From the NCBI GenBank assembly GCA_964016885.1, contig OZ024740.1:180420001-180484000 (forward strand): 64,000 bases of DNA. The letters are read 5' to 3'. This document shows positions 27,884-39,472 of the stretch, in pieces. Under the pieces are notes generated by a model. It was not told the origin of the DNA, made no database searches, and saw nothing but the letters and a program-made list of their open reading frames with translations. The translations under genes and the position numbers were made by a program. The stretch's first letter is position 1, and each line of letters begins with the position of its first letter. The stretch comes from Eledone cirrhosa (Eukaryota).

Positions 27884-30800
27884 TTACAGATATATACTCA
27901 GAGTCGGCCCATTCACTCGGGCCATTCTTGCTTCTCTCACCCATCTTTCAACAAAATGCTGGGAAGAGAGCACTTCCTTCTCTACTCTGATTTTCCTTTT
28001 CAAATGAAATTTGAAAAAGTCAATCAGAGCATCACCGAAGAGGTAAGTGCTCGTCTTCAGCCCTTTCAAACGTGTCCACCATACTATCTCTTTCGCCATG
28101 GCCACCAGACAGATAAAAACTGCCTGCCCTTCCCGGCTAAAGGAGGAGGGCGGGGCAATCCTCACGATAGACTCAGATGATAGCTGGATCCGTCCTAAAC
28201 GCGACAGCAGGTGTTCGACATAAACCCACAAGTCAGCAATTTTCGAACACTGGACGAGTGCGTGCAGGACGGTTTCGTCGCCCTGCGCGCATCTCGGACA
28301 TGCCCGGCTGACGGCACCTCCATGCCTGTAGAGTTTATCCCGAACTGGCAAGGCTCCTCGGTAGCACTGCCAGGCCAGAGATTTCTGGAAGTTGTCCATA
28401 GGCCCCGGCCCGAAAGTTCTTCCGAAGAGATTGGCTAGTTGATTTTCGTCGACGCCTAGAGTTTCCCCAAGTACGTCGTCGCTCTTCCCCTCCACTAATC
28501 CTCTATAGAACGCCGAGGTGGAGTTTCCACCGATCACATTGCCCGATTGGTCGAGGGCTGTGAGCGCCTGAAGACATTCCAGTCTCCAGGCGCTCCCTCT
28601 CGGTCTTCGCTTGACCCAGGACTGCAGCTCCGTCAAGGAAACGAGCTGGGGAAAAACGCGTCTAGCAAACGGCGACCACACCTGATCACCGTCGAGGAAG
28701 AGGTGGAGATGTCGTAGCCTGAGCGCGTGCCTGCGCATCATCAGCCACGGCATGCCCAGCCCTCCACGTAGCGGGTGTTGACAACAGATGGACCGCCTGA
28801 CCATCGGAGCACGTCCCTTCCACAAAAAGCGAAAGAGCAAACGCTCCAGCGCAGTCAGGCGAGGCTTAGGACAAGGTACGACGGTTAGGCGGTAGCAGAT
28901 GACAGACGCGATGTACGCGTTAGCCACCTCCGCTCGACCTTTCAGGGATAGCTTCCTCTCCGCCCATTTCTGGGTGAGAGAAGCCACCCTGCTCGTCACC
29001 TCGTCCCAGTTTTTGTCCGTCTGGAGGTCCGGACCGAACCAGACCCCTAGCAATTTAACCGGTCCGTCCGTCCAGCGCCCGAAGACGCTGTTGGACGGCA
29101 TGGACCTGCCTCTCCAGGTGCCGAGCTGCAGGCCCACTGACTTTTCCTGGTTGATCATTGCTCCTGTCACCGCTTCGTATTCTCTTAGTGTAGTGCCGAT
29201 CGCCTCGATGTGTTTGGCGTTCGACACCACTACGGTGACATCGTCCGCATATGCTGACACGGATCTTCCGCATCCTAGTTCGCGCGGGACTCCCCTCAAC
29301 GTCTCCAGTTTGTGCAGTAATGGCTCGAGAGTCAATACGTACAAGAGGGACGAGAGGGGACATCCTTGGCGGACCGAGCGCATGATGTTGAACGGTTCCG
29401 ACAGGTGACCGTTCACTCTCACCACAGAGCAGATGTCGCTGTGCATGGCAGCGATCCAGCCTCTGAAGACGGGCCCAAAGCCAGCCGCCCTCAGGACTGC
29501 CGCTAGGTAACGATGGTCGACCCTATCGAAAGCTTTCGACTGATCTAAATTGATCAAGGACCCACCCGTGCCAGGTTCCCTAGCTACCCTCTCTACGATG
29601 TATCGCATGAGGTGGAGGTTGTCGTGGATGGATCTGTCGGGAATGGCGCATGTCTGCGCCTCTCCCACCAGACCACCAACGACAAGCGCCAATCTCTTTG
29701 CTAGCACCTTGGCCAAAATCTTAAACTCTGTGTTTAGCAGAGTTATGGGCCGGAAATTGTCTATGTTATCCCCCTTGTTCGGATCCTTTCTCAGCAGTGC
29801 CACCGCTCCTCGGCTCACAGAACTGGGAATTCTCCCGTTCTGTTGCCAGTTGCAGTAGACGTCCGCCAAGAGGCCTCCGAACAAGTCTGGCATCTGTACG
29901 TAAAGTTCATAGGGCAGACCATCCAAACCAGGCGATTTACCCCTTGTGCAGCCAGTCATTGCCTCCCGTACTTCAGCGGCTGTTATCGGCTTTTCGCAAC
30001 ACCTCGCCTCAGTGGCCGAGAGCCGCGGCAGTCCGTCGAGGTAGACACTAAAGTCCATCCCTCTACCCGGACCCCCGCTGCCCCCGAACAGCTGAGCGAA
30101 GTGTCGCTGAAAAGCTTCACACATTTGCCCGGGATCGAGTAGCATGCGCCCGTCGTGGTCCACCAAAGACCGGATCGTGGCTTTGTTGCCACGACGCGCC
30201 TCCGCCACTCGGGCCCATTGAACGGCTTTCGTCCCCTCGTGTCTGAGAGCACGCACCCTAGCTCTGACAACGCAGCCTTCGTGCTTTGCATTGAAGAATT
30301 GGTCAAGGGCCAATTTCGCCGCAAGCACGTCGGTCGCAATGCCTTTGCTAAGCGCCTCGTCTAATTTTCTAACTAGTTCTCCCTCTGCTCTATTTTTCTC
30401 TATTGCTAAAGCCTTACTAAACCTAATCGATTCTATTCTAATCGCTCTTTTCAGAGCAAACCACCACTTGTTGTTGACGATGGCCCCCGTCAACGCCCGC
30501 TTAACTAGTTCGCTAATCCGGTCTCTGTAGGCCTTGCGCGCTGGTAAGGACGCGTTTAGCTTCCAGTAGCCGGGTCCTCGTCTATGAAGCCTATCTAAGT
30601 CAAGCACACAGGTCACGAATTTGTGGTCCGTGTAGCTGACTATCTTGAATTGTGGACAGCCTATGCTAGACCTATCTATTTCCCTACAAAATACTCTATC
30701 TAGATATGATCTGGATGACCCTATGCGGTTTGTCCAAGTCCACATTGGCACATTCGGGAAATCCAATCGGTACCTGTCAGACAGTTCAAAACGCCTGAGC

Positions 30801-31303
30801 AGGTTGGTGAGGCTCTTGCACCCTCCACCCCTATCCGCTAATCCTACACAGTCCCAGCGTGCATCTAAGATCCCGTTCCAGTCGCCCACTAACACTAAAG
30901 AGCGGGACGTTCCAAGAAAGGTCTCCAGACGCCGGAAGAAATCAGGCCGCCCTGCTCCTGTCGGGGCATAGACGGCCACTAGCCTGAAAGCTTGCCCGTC
31001 TCCGCTGGTCACGTCCAGCACCACCAGCTTACCCTCTGGGTCCAGGAAGATGGCCCGTATGGCGAGATCCAAACCTCTCCGAAAAAGCACAGCAACTCCT
31101 CCACCCGATCCAGGACGGCTGGGAGATGCGTACACATCGTAGCCGCCGAAGATCGGTGCGAAGGCCCGTGCTTCGGAGATTCTGGTCTCGCTGATGGCCA
31201 CTACATCTATGTTTAGTGACCTGAGGTCGTTGAGCAGGTGACCCTGCTTCCATGACGACCCCAAGCCACGCGCATTTATGCTGCCTATTCTGAGTGAGGT
31301 CAT
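27884..31303 (-). CDS. LINE ORF2: APE endonuclease + reverse transcriptase + C-terminal CCHC zinc finger (1139 aa)
   Basis: SINARGL, ISET, VYAP, VGDWN, YLDR, TDH (APE); WKLN; KSPGLDGLP, FRPITLLN, LDQSKAFDRV, VRQGCPLS, AYADD (RT); CPRC...ETVLHALVQC. Confidence 0.96.
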   Translation of the reverse strand: MTSLRIGSINARGLGSSWKQGHLLNDLRSLNIDVVAISETRISEARAFAPIFGGYDVYASPSRPGSGGGVAVLFRRGLDLAIRAIFLDPEGKLVVLDVTSGDGQAFRLVAVYAPTGAGRPDFFRRLETFLGTSRSLVLVGDWNGILDARWDCVGLADRGGGCKSLTNLLRRFELSDRYRLDFPNVPMWTWTNRIGSSRSYLDRVFCREIDRSSIGCPQFKIVSYTDHKFVTCVLDLDRLHRRGPGYWKLNASLPARKAYRDRISELVKRALTGAIVNNKWWFALKRAIRIESIRFSKALAIEKNRAEGELVRKLDEALSKGIATDVLAAKLALDQFFNAKHEGCVVRARVRALRHEGTKAVQWARVAEARRGNKATIRSLVDHDGRMLLDPGQMCEAFQRHFAQLFGGSGGPGRGMDFSVYLDGLPRLSATEARCCEKPITAAEVREAMTGCTRGKSPGLDGLPYELYVQMPDLFGGLLADVYCNWQQNGRIPSSVSRGAVALLRKDPNKGDNIDNFRPITLLNTEFKILAKVLAKRLALVVGGLVGEAQTCAIPDRSIHDNLHLMRYIVERVAREPGTGGSLINLDQSKAFDRVDHRYLAAVLRAAGFGPVFRGWIAAMHSDICSVVRVNGHLSEPFNIMRSVRQGCPLSSLLYVLTLEPLLHKLETLRGVPRELGCGRSVSAYADDVTVVVSNAKHIEAIGTTLREYEAVTGAMINQEKSVGLQLGTWRGRSMPSNSVFGRWTDGPVKLLGVWFGPDLQTDKNWDEVTSRVASLTQKWAERKLSLKGRAEVANAYIASVICYRLTVVPCPKPRLTALERLLFRFLWKGRAPMVRRSICCQHPLRGGLGMPWLMMRRHALRLRHLHLFLDGDQVWSPFARRVFPQLVSLTELQSWVKRRPRGSAWRLECLQALTALDQSGNVIGGNSTSAFYRGLVEGKSDDVLGETLGVDENQLANLFGRTFGPGPMDNFQKSLAWQCYRGALPVRDKLYRHGGAVSRACPRCAQGDETVLHALVQCSKIADLWVYVEHLLSRLGRIQLSSESIVRIAPPSSFSREGQAVFICLVAMAKEIVWWTRLKGLKTSTYLFGDALIDFFKFHLKRKIRVEKEVLSSQHFVERWVREARMARVNGPTLSIYL

Positions 31304-31338
31304 GTTTAAAATAGAGTGGAAAAGATGGGAAAGACCAC

Positions 31339-33438
31339 TTACCGTACTTTTGGTAGAGGAGGGATGGTTTTTACATCCCTTTTCACTTGATCGTCTGGTG
31401 AAGGGACCGTTGAATCGTCCCTTCGACTGGTCGTCGGCTCTTCTAAGAGAATGTCTGAGTATACTCTTCGATTGATGGTTCCTCCTAGGTCCCTGAAATC
31501 ACCAACTGCGTTGGGGAATTTCGTTTTAGTATTTGTGTATTGTTTCTGTGCTATTTTTAGCAGTCTTATGTTAGTTGGCGTTTTGATTGGTGCTGGTATT
31601 ATGTAGTCCTGTTGTGAAATGTCTGTGTGTTCAATTATGTAAGTCATTAGTTTCTTGTTGTGTGTATTTATTGCCGTGCATTTGTTTTTCTGGGGGTGGG
31701 GTGTGGTTCTGCTATTTTCTTGTCGTTGTTGCTGGGTGTGTGTGTTTTGTTGTTGTGTTTGCGATGTTGGTGCTTGTGGTGGTGGTGTTGAAGGTGTTGT
31801 TGGCGGTGGGGTTGTCGCCGGTGGTGATGGTGGCGCTAGTGTGGGTGGTGATGGTGTTGGTGTTGTTGCTGCTGTGGGTCTCTTTGCAGTAGACTTTACC
31901 CTTTTCTCATTTCTTTCCTCACTTTTCAAAGGCGACGATGCGCTGCTTCTGCGTTTGTGCCTTCTTACGACCTTTTGCCATCTCTCTCCCACCTCACACT
32001 CCATGTCTGATTCTGTGAGGTCGGGGAGGGGTACCAACTCCACTCTTTCACTTGTTGTTGTTGGTGATGTTTGCACTGGAGTCTCTGTTGCAGCTGCATT
32101 TGGTATTGCTGTTGTTGTTGTTAGTATTTCCACTGCTGCTGCTGTTTTTGATTTCCGTGGAGTGGGTATGGGTGCCACGGGCCTATCGTTCCTGGTTGCC
32201 GCTTGTCCTGTTGCTGGTAGCCGTGGAGCCGGATTCGGAAGGAGGGGGGTTTTCTCCTTTCTCAGGGTCTTCTCGTTGCAGAAGGCCCTGAGGTGAGTCT
32301 TCGATCCACAGCGAAAGCATTTCGGGCGTTTGCCCTCAACACTTATGGGCAGTTGAGTGCCGTTATCGAAGTCTATCACATCCGGGATAGCTTCGATGCA
32401 CTCCTGGTTGGTTTGGATTAGCATCTCAATGGAGGAGCCGACCCAATCTTCTCTTACTTTTTTCTGTACTTGCAGTACAGTTGTTTTGTCCTCGATTCCG
32501 ACGAGGACAGACGCGGCCAGCCAAGAAGGGGTCATTCCGGGGGGGACGTGGGTCAGTTTGACCCTCACAATTTTTTGCCCACAGTAGGAGGGCACCAACA
32601 CCATTTCCTCGCTCCTTAGGGTCACTACTGATTGGGCCTTTGCCTCCTGGGGTGTGGCAAAAAGTACGTCTACGGTGGCATATTTTTTGCCTCGGGTGAT
32701 GTGCGTTTTCCGCTGCCACACAGACCCCAAGGCTTTTTGTATTTGGGCCTCTGTGGCTCTTTCCACCCTACGGGATTTTGTACTTACTGTACGGTACGTG
32801 ACCGTACAGTGCTCTTGGGTTTCGAAAAAATTTTTCGCTGCCTTGCAGATTGCTCGGTGTCCGTTCTTTGTCACCATCTTCTTCGCTTCCTCTAATTCCT
32901 CATTTGTTATGAGGATTGTTTCCAAATTTTTCGCAATACCTGCAAATGAGATTGGTTTTTCTCTGCTGTTGTTGTTGTCGTCAGAGCTGCTGGTACTTTT
33001 GTTGTTGCTGCAGGTACTACGACTACTGCCTCCGCCGCTGTTGCTGTGGTTGTTGTTGGTGTTGCTGCTGCTAATGCTGTTGTTGTTTATGCTGCTGGTG
33101 ATGCTGTTGCGGCTGCTACTGTTGTTTTCATTGTCACTGTTGCTGTTGTTATTACGGCTGCTACTGCTATTATTCCTGACGTCAGACGAGTGAACTGGGT
33201 TTTCGTATTTCCCGCACACCTGTTTCGTCGCTGTCGTCGTCGTGGTCGTGGAGAAACCTTGCACGCTTTGCACGAGACTTTTCTTTTCTTTCGTCGCTTG
33301 CGAAAGAGAAGGGAGGGAGAGAGACACATTTAAAGAAGGGAGGGAGAGAGACAATCTTCTCTCTGCTGTAGTGATGATTGAGGAAGAAGAAGACGGAATG
33401 AGTGGGAGTGACGTATGAAATTTCTTTTTGGTAGCCAT
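31339..33438 (-). CDS. LINE ORF1 gag-like protein with a CCHC zinc knuckle (first ATG at 33438; reading frame open from 33471)
   Basis: CFRCGSKTHLRAFC knuckle, Ser/Asn-rich N-terminus, Pro/Thr-rich C-terminus. Lies directly upstream of ORF2. Confidence 0.9.
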   Translation of the reverse strand: MATKKKFHTSLPLIPSSSSSIITTAERRLSLSLPSLNVSLSLPSLSQATKEKKSLVQSVQGFSTTTTTTATKQVCGKYENPVHSSDVRNNSSSSRNNNSNSDNENNSSSRNSITSSINNNSISSSNTNNNHSNSGGGSSRSTCSNNKSTSSSDDNNNSREKPISFAGIAKNLETILITNEELEEAKKMVTKNGHRAICKAAKNFFETQEHCTVTYRTVSTKSRRVERATEAQIQKALGSVWQRKTHITRGKKYATVDVLFATPQEAKAQSVVTLRSEEMVLVPSYCGQKIVRVKLTHVPPGMTPSWLAASVLVGIEDKTTVLQVQKKVREDWVGSSIEMLIQTNQECIEAIPDVIDFDNGTQLPISVEGKRPKCFRCGSKTHLRAFCNEKTLRKEKTPLLPNPAPRLPATGQAATRNDRPVAPIPTPRKSKTAAAVEILTTTTAIPNAAATETPVQTSPTTTSERVELVPLPDLTESDMECEVGERWQKVVRRHKRRSSASSPLKSEERNEKRVKSTAKRPTAATTPTPSPPTLAPPSPPATTPPPTTPSTPPPQAPTSQTQQQNTHTQQQRQENSRTTPHPQKNKCTAINTHNKKLMTYIIEHTDISQQDYIIPAPIKTPTNIRLLKIAQKQYTNTKTKFPNAVGDFRDLGGTINRRVYSDILLEEPTTSRRDDSTVPSPDDQVKRDVKTIPPLPKVR

Positions 33439-33651
33439 GTTTTTTTGTTTAAAATGAAATTTTGGGTACAAAACCCCAATAACTGGTTATTTAACCCCGA
33501 AGGGCCAAATAACGGACAGAAAGACCCCTCTCACGAGGAGGAGGGTGTCTTTATCAACAATTTGGTTCAAGTTTTAAACAATTTACAATTGTTTTAACGG
33601 TTAAAAATTACTATACCTTACAGAGCCGAGCCTCCGTCAACCATGGCATTC

Positions 33652-33702
<51 letters not shown>
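33652..33702. repeat. (AAT)n tract shared by the Tx1 5' end and the Dong-like 5' junction
   Basis: Direct reading. Confidence 0.95.
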
Positions 33703-35541
33703 TTTTCAGGGTGACTCTTTATCAACGCTTTTATTCTGCATCGCACTTATACCATTAAGTAAAATGCTCAATGAAACAAAACATGGATATAAAGTCTATG
33801 ACAAAACCATTAATCACTTGTTCTACATGGATGACCTGAAACTATTTGCAAAAAATGATGAACAATTGCAAGGGCTATTATCCAGTGTGGTGCAGTTCAG
33901 TGATGACATTAAAATGGAGTTTGGACTAGATAAATGCGCCAAAGCAACGTTCATCAGAGGAAAGCTGCTGAAGAGTTCAGACATTAATCTTGAATGGCGA
34001 AATGTGATAAGAGAACTTGATCAACAGGAAACTTACAAATACCTAGGTGTTTGTGAAGGAGACGGAATCAAGCACTCGACAATGAGAGAAAGGATAAGGA
34101 AGGCATGTTACCGCAGAGTAAGAGCAATCTTAAGAACGGAATTGAATGCAAGGAATAGGATCGATGCCATAAACACGCTTGCCATACCAGTAATAACCTG
34201 CAGTTACAATGCCATCAACCGGTCAAGCACAGAGATCCGTAGGCTCGATACAAAAATTAGAAAATGCTTTACCATGCACAGAATGCATCACCATAAGGCA
34301 GATACAGATAGAATATATCTCCCTAGGAAAGAAGGAGGGCGTGGGTTACTTCAGTTAGATATTGCGTTGAAAACTACAACAATTGGATTATCTACATATC
34401 TAAGGGAATCACATGATTGGATGATCAAACTCGTTTTGAAACACGAAAACATCAACAGATCATACTCCATTAAAAAAGATGCACAAAGATACAGTAATGG
34501 ACTACAAATTTCAGAAGTCCCATTTACTGCTGAAATGGAAAATGCAGAAAAAGCAAAGCAGGTAAAAGTAACTGCAAAGAAAGAACTGCTACAGAAACTG
34601 GCTAGGAAATGGCAAGAAAAGCGTTTGTATGGAAAATACCCAGAAATAGCTAACAATCCTGATGTTGACAAAACTTTAACCCATCAGTGTTTGGCATCCT
34701 CTGGACTGAAATCGGAGACTGAAGGACTGATTATATCAGCACAAGATCAGTGTCTGCCAACAGAAAATTACCAAGCCAACATAAAAAGAAAAACGGATGC
34801 AACACATTATGCAGTGTATGTAAAAAACAACCAGAGACCATTGATCATATAATTTCAATGTACAGTCCTATAGCTGCAACCGAATTCCTAAACAGGCATG
34901 ACAGAGCTGCACAATGCATACATTGGATAATGTGTAAGCATTTTGACCTGCCCCATCAAAAGAATTGGTGGGGGCATCAACCACCTCTCATATTTGAAAA
35001 AGATCACATCTCAATCTTGTGGAACTTTAGCATCCAAACAGACCGAAACATAGATGCAAATAGACCTGATATAATACTGAAGGACTTTAAAAAGAGGGTA
35101 TGCCTGCTAATTCATATGTCCGTTCCAATAGACAAGAATGTATCTATAAAAACATTTGAAAAATTGAGCAAGTATAATGATCTGGAGGTAGAAATTGGAA
35201 AAATGTGAAAATTGAGAACTAAAACAATACCAGTGGTTGTAGGCGCTCTAGGAATGATACCTAAGGGGTCTAATGATTACTTATCGCTAATCCCAGGAAA
35301 CCCGCGTATATGAGAAATACAAAAGAGAGAACTAATGGGAACTGCCCATATACTAATGAAGATGCTGTCAATATAAGTACATCACAAGTCTAAACAACTA
35401 AAGATGCATGTGTGTGTATGTATGTTCCTTCTTGAACATGGCGGACCTTGTTATCTCTTGAGGTAACTGGTTGTGAATTGGTGATAACTCATATGAACAT
35501 AAAGCAAGATAAATGCAACTATAATAATAATAATAATAATA
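33703..35541 (+). mobile_element. 5'-truncated R4/Dong-clade non-LTR retrotransposon (RT + CCHC + restriction-like endonuclease), decayed
   Basis: Begins at FQGDSLS. INHLFYMDDLKL, YKYLG, YLPRKEGGRGL, AQDQ, CSVC..ETIDHI, RHD, NRPDII...EKLSKY. Flanked by (TAA)n on both sides. Confidence 0.88.
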
Positions 35542-38500
35542 AAAAAGGACGATTTGTTATGTCTTCATGACGTTTCTTGAGTACTGACGCACGTTTCGCT
35601 ATTGATCAGCTCAATGTTCGATTTGGGTCGATCTTGCCCGACTCTTGAATCAACCGCTCGTAGGACCTCTGCTGTGGTACTGACAGAATGAACCTCTAGG
35701 ACTTAGAAAGGTCTCTAACGATTCACATTTATCCATCATCATAATCAGGTCGAGCTTACTCGGCTTTCTACGACACGTTTCCTCCATCCATCTCTGTCTC
35801 TCATAGCGTTTGCCAGTTCTTCCGTAGTGCATCCAGTATCGCTCTCAAGCTGCTTGAAGTATGTCTTCTTGGGACGACAAGCGTTTCTTGCTCCATGAGA
35901 TGGACTCCATAACAACACATCACCTGCTATGTCTTCCTTGCTGCGTCAACAGTGACCAGCAAATCCGAGTCTCTGTCCACGTATTGACCTGCTGATAGGT
36001 GGTATATTGCCATAGAGTTCCTTATTTGTTGGGTGTTCCGTCCAAGACACGTTTAAAGCAGCACGGAGCATACGTGTGTATGTCCCGTCTAGCTTTTTCT
36101 CCAGTTTTGACGTTAGCGTCCAAGTGATAGAGCCATAAACAGGCACAGATTCCACAGCAGCTCTGAAGAAATTCCGTTTCAGTTTGGTCGGCAGGTTTGA
36201 TTTCCATAACTTTTCCATTGCATTCAATGTTCCCCAGGCTTTTCCCAGTATGATGTTAACATCATGTTCTGTGGAGGCGATACAACTACCCAGGTATTTG
36301 AAGTCGTCAACTTGCTTGATTATATCGCCGCTTAGACTTCGCATACCAACTGAGGAGTCTTGGTTCAGTCAAATATATTCTGTTTTGCCTGCGTTGACAT
36401 AGAGTCAGATTTCCCTTGCAACTGTTTCGATGCTGTGAAGTAGTGATGATGCATCCTTAAGGTAGTCAGCGAGGACCGCTAAATCATCCACATAGTCAGC
36501 ATCGGTGATTTTCTGAGCTGCATGGCGTCTGCACTTTCGCTTTAATTGAGTGAAACCAAGCTCTAAGTCTTCGTCCAGGGCTTTTCTCAATACATAGTCG
36601 AGGCAGATGATAAAAATATATGGTGCAAGAGTATCCTTTGGAGTACTCCTGCAATGATGTCAAAGAAGTTGGTATCTCCATCAGGTGAGCACACCATTAC
36701 GCGGTTGTTTTTATATAACATCATGATGTCATTTACTGTTTCCTTTGGCAAGCCGCAGGCTAGAAGTATCTCTCTCATCCTCCCACGATGGATGGAATCG
36801 AATGCTTTTGTAAAGTCAATAAACAGGAGAGTTTCTGGGAGGTTTTTGGCTTTCATGCTTTCCAAGATACGCCGAATAGTAAGTATTTGCCCTGATGTTG
36901 ATCTGTTGGCGTTCGAAGCCATTTTGGTTTTTTCTCAGCAAGGGGTCAATGACAGATCTTATTCTGTCAAACAGCATGAGGTTGTATATCTTTGCGGCAA
37001 TTGCCATTAGTGTTATGCCACGGTAGTTTTTAGCCATTCCAAGATCGCCCTTTTTGTGAAAAAGGAGTATACATCCCTCAGTCCATTTATCTATGGGGTC
37101 TTGATTATAGACACCATTACACAACTGTAGCAGGATTGGGTGAAATTCAGGTACCTTCCCCACTTCAGCTGGGATCTCGTTGAGTCCGCACGCTTTTCCG
37201 TTACCAATACTTTTCACTGCTTTCTGTAGTTCCTCCATAGTGAAAGGACCTTTCTGTATTTGATGTTCCTCTGTAAAAACGGGTATTATTTCTTCTTCGG
37301 TGATCTGTGGTGCTTTGCCAAGTAGCTTCTGAAAATGTTGCCACAGTTTTAAACGTTTGTCTTGGCTGGAGGCTTTCAGTTTGGCTCTGTCACTACTTTT
37401 TCTGCCACTAATTTCATTGACAGTTTTCCAGGCTTCAGCAGACTTTTTATTGCTGACAGTACTCGAGATATGATTAATCTTTCTCTTCATGTATTCGGTT
37501 GCTCAATTTCATACACACATTTCAGTGTTGTACAAGCAGCATTGAAGTTACTAATGTTTTCTGGAGATCGTTGAGTGTCTTTCAATTCTTCAGCTTTTCG
37601 CAACTCTTTGCGCTTTTGGCGTATCCTCTCTGTTTCCCATGGTTTTCGTTTTTTAACCTTTCAATGCCATTTGAAACTGGTTAAATGTAGAATTTGACGA
37701 TTTTGTTGGCGCAGAGTCTTGTAGAGCAGCAAATTGTTTGCTCAGTTGGGTTATAAAGGTTTTGTAAGTCTCAGGGTTGGTATTCAGAACTGCCCAGTTG
37801 TAAGGAATAGCACTTGCAGATTTCTTTTTATCCACTCGGAGACCTAATCGTATCCTAGCCGAGACAATGCGATGATCCGAGTCAACACTAACAAATGAGT
37901 CATATGCTCTGCAGCTTTTTGCGCTGTTGTTCCATTTTCAATTGATTATGATATAATTCAGTTGTGTCTTGTCGCCATTTGGAGATTTGTGTGTCCACCG
38001 CTGGCCTTGTCCTTTTGGAATATGGCGTTGTGACATCATGAATTGTTCTCACACAAGTAATCTTTTAGCATACAGCCGTTTCTATTGGTTTGTGAGTGGT
38101 ATGATAATATGAATCCATCAAGCTGTCCAATACGCGCGTTGAAGACTCCGCCAATGATGAGAACATTATGTTTCGGGATTTGTCTAGTGAGTGATGTTAG
38201 TTCCATGTAAAACCTCTATACTTCGGCCACGTCACATACATGTGTTGCACTATAGCAAGAGATTACAGTGGTTTTAGGATTTTCGTTAAACGTAGCTATC
38301 ATTATCCTTGATGTTATCATTTAAACACTCGCAGTGCATCATAGACTCGCGGGCTGAAAAGCATTCCAACTCCACCATTTGCTGCATTCATGTTGTTTTT
38401 CCAAGCTGAGCAAGTTATCAGCCTCCAATTGCCAAATATTTGCTCCTTTGTTACAAACTCTTCATGTATGAACCGGTGCTCCTGAAGACAGATAACATCA

Positions 38501-39058
38501 TGGTTGGTCACCCCTGCTGAAGAAATCACTTCAGGGATTTTATGGTCTTTCTGGAGTGTTTGAACATTGAGAGTACCATCAAAGATGTCTTTCTTTCCGT
38601 GTACGAGTCGAGTTGGTTGTTTTCTCTGTGTATGTTTCCCAGTATCTGATTTTTCGACTGCAATCTGGGAATCCGTTGCAGGACGCACTCCTTGTTTAAC
38701 CGCGCGATGAGCGCTGCGGGATCAACATCGAAGGATTTGTGTCATATTTAGCTTTCAATAGCTGGATATACACTTGCGGTCGCTACTACATACAAGTGAA
38801 AGCAGTACTCTGTATTAGAGCGGTTGTGCCTCACCGAAACATCCAACAATAGTTGATATGATCGCCTTGCCACTAGTAGTATGAACCAAATTCACAGTTA
38901 CTTGATCATTGCCTTATCTACTGATACGACATCCTGCTTACCAATGTCGTCGTTTAACCTAGTAAGGATTGGTTTCGCAGATTGCCTATCAAGGCCAAAG
39001 AGCTCAGTCCACCCCGGCTTTGAAATCAGAGTGGTCCCTCTTCTAGACAGATTGCCAA

Positions 39059-39088
<30 letters not shown>

Positions 39089-39092
<4 letters not shown>

Positions 39093-39249
39093 AACAAGTA
39101 AGACCCCGACGGCTGAGCTCAAGCCGTTTCGACGGCTTGAGAGCTCAGCCGTCGGGGTCTTACTTGTTCCTATTACCCACTCTACTACCCTAAGTATTGA
39201 GTACTTTGGTGCGTTATGGTCCACCTGGTTCCTTACCACATTTCCTTCG

Positions 39250-39252
<3 letters not shown>
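39089..39252 (+). mobile_element. Palindromic (TA)n-inserted mini-element, family B (others at 49445-49530 partial, 49662-49822, 55331-55545)
   Basis: Inverted arms GGAACAAGTAAGACCCCGACGGCTGAGCTC plus the shared tail TTACCCACTCTACTACCCTAAGTATTGAGTACTTTGGTGCG...TTCGTTA. Confidence 0.85.
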
Positions 39253-39341
<89 letters not shown>

Positions 39342-39472
39342 TATATACACATTCACACCATTTTTGGATGGCCGTTGTCTCTTATGAGTTCTTCCGCCCT
39401 TTGTCAGATTTTGTTTTTGTCCTGCAGGATGTCCAAAATCACCCTCCTCACCAAGTAAACTTGATGGGGTTG

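Larger units (their letters stand above)
27620..33651 (-). mobile_element. Full-length, apparently intact Tx1/L1-clade non-LTR retrotransposon inserted in (TTA)n
   Basis: ~210 nt 5'UTR, open ORF1 and ORF2 separated by 35 nt, ~260 nt 3'UTR with AATAAA, (TTA)n at both ends. Confidence 0.95.

Noticed and set aside
25638-33333. Long plus-strand ORFs (V/G/L-rich) overlapping the Tx1 copies
   Set aside because: Antisense shadows of low-complexity or GC-rich coding sequence; no independent motifs.
33520-33552. CTCCTCGT loop in the Tx1 5'UTR resembling HDV L3
   Set aside because: Forms a simple hairpin; no P1/P2 pseudoknot partners found.
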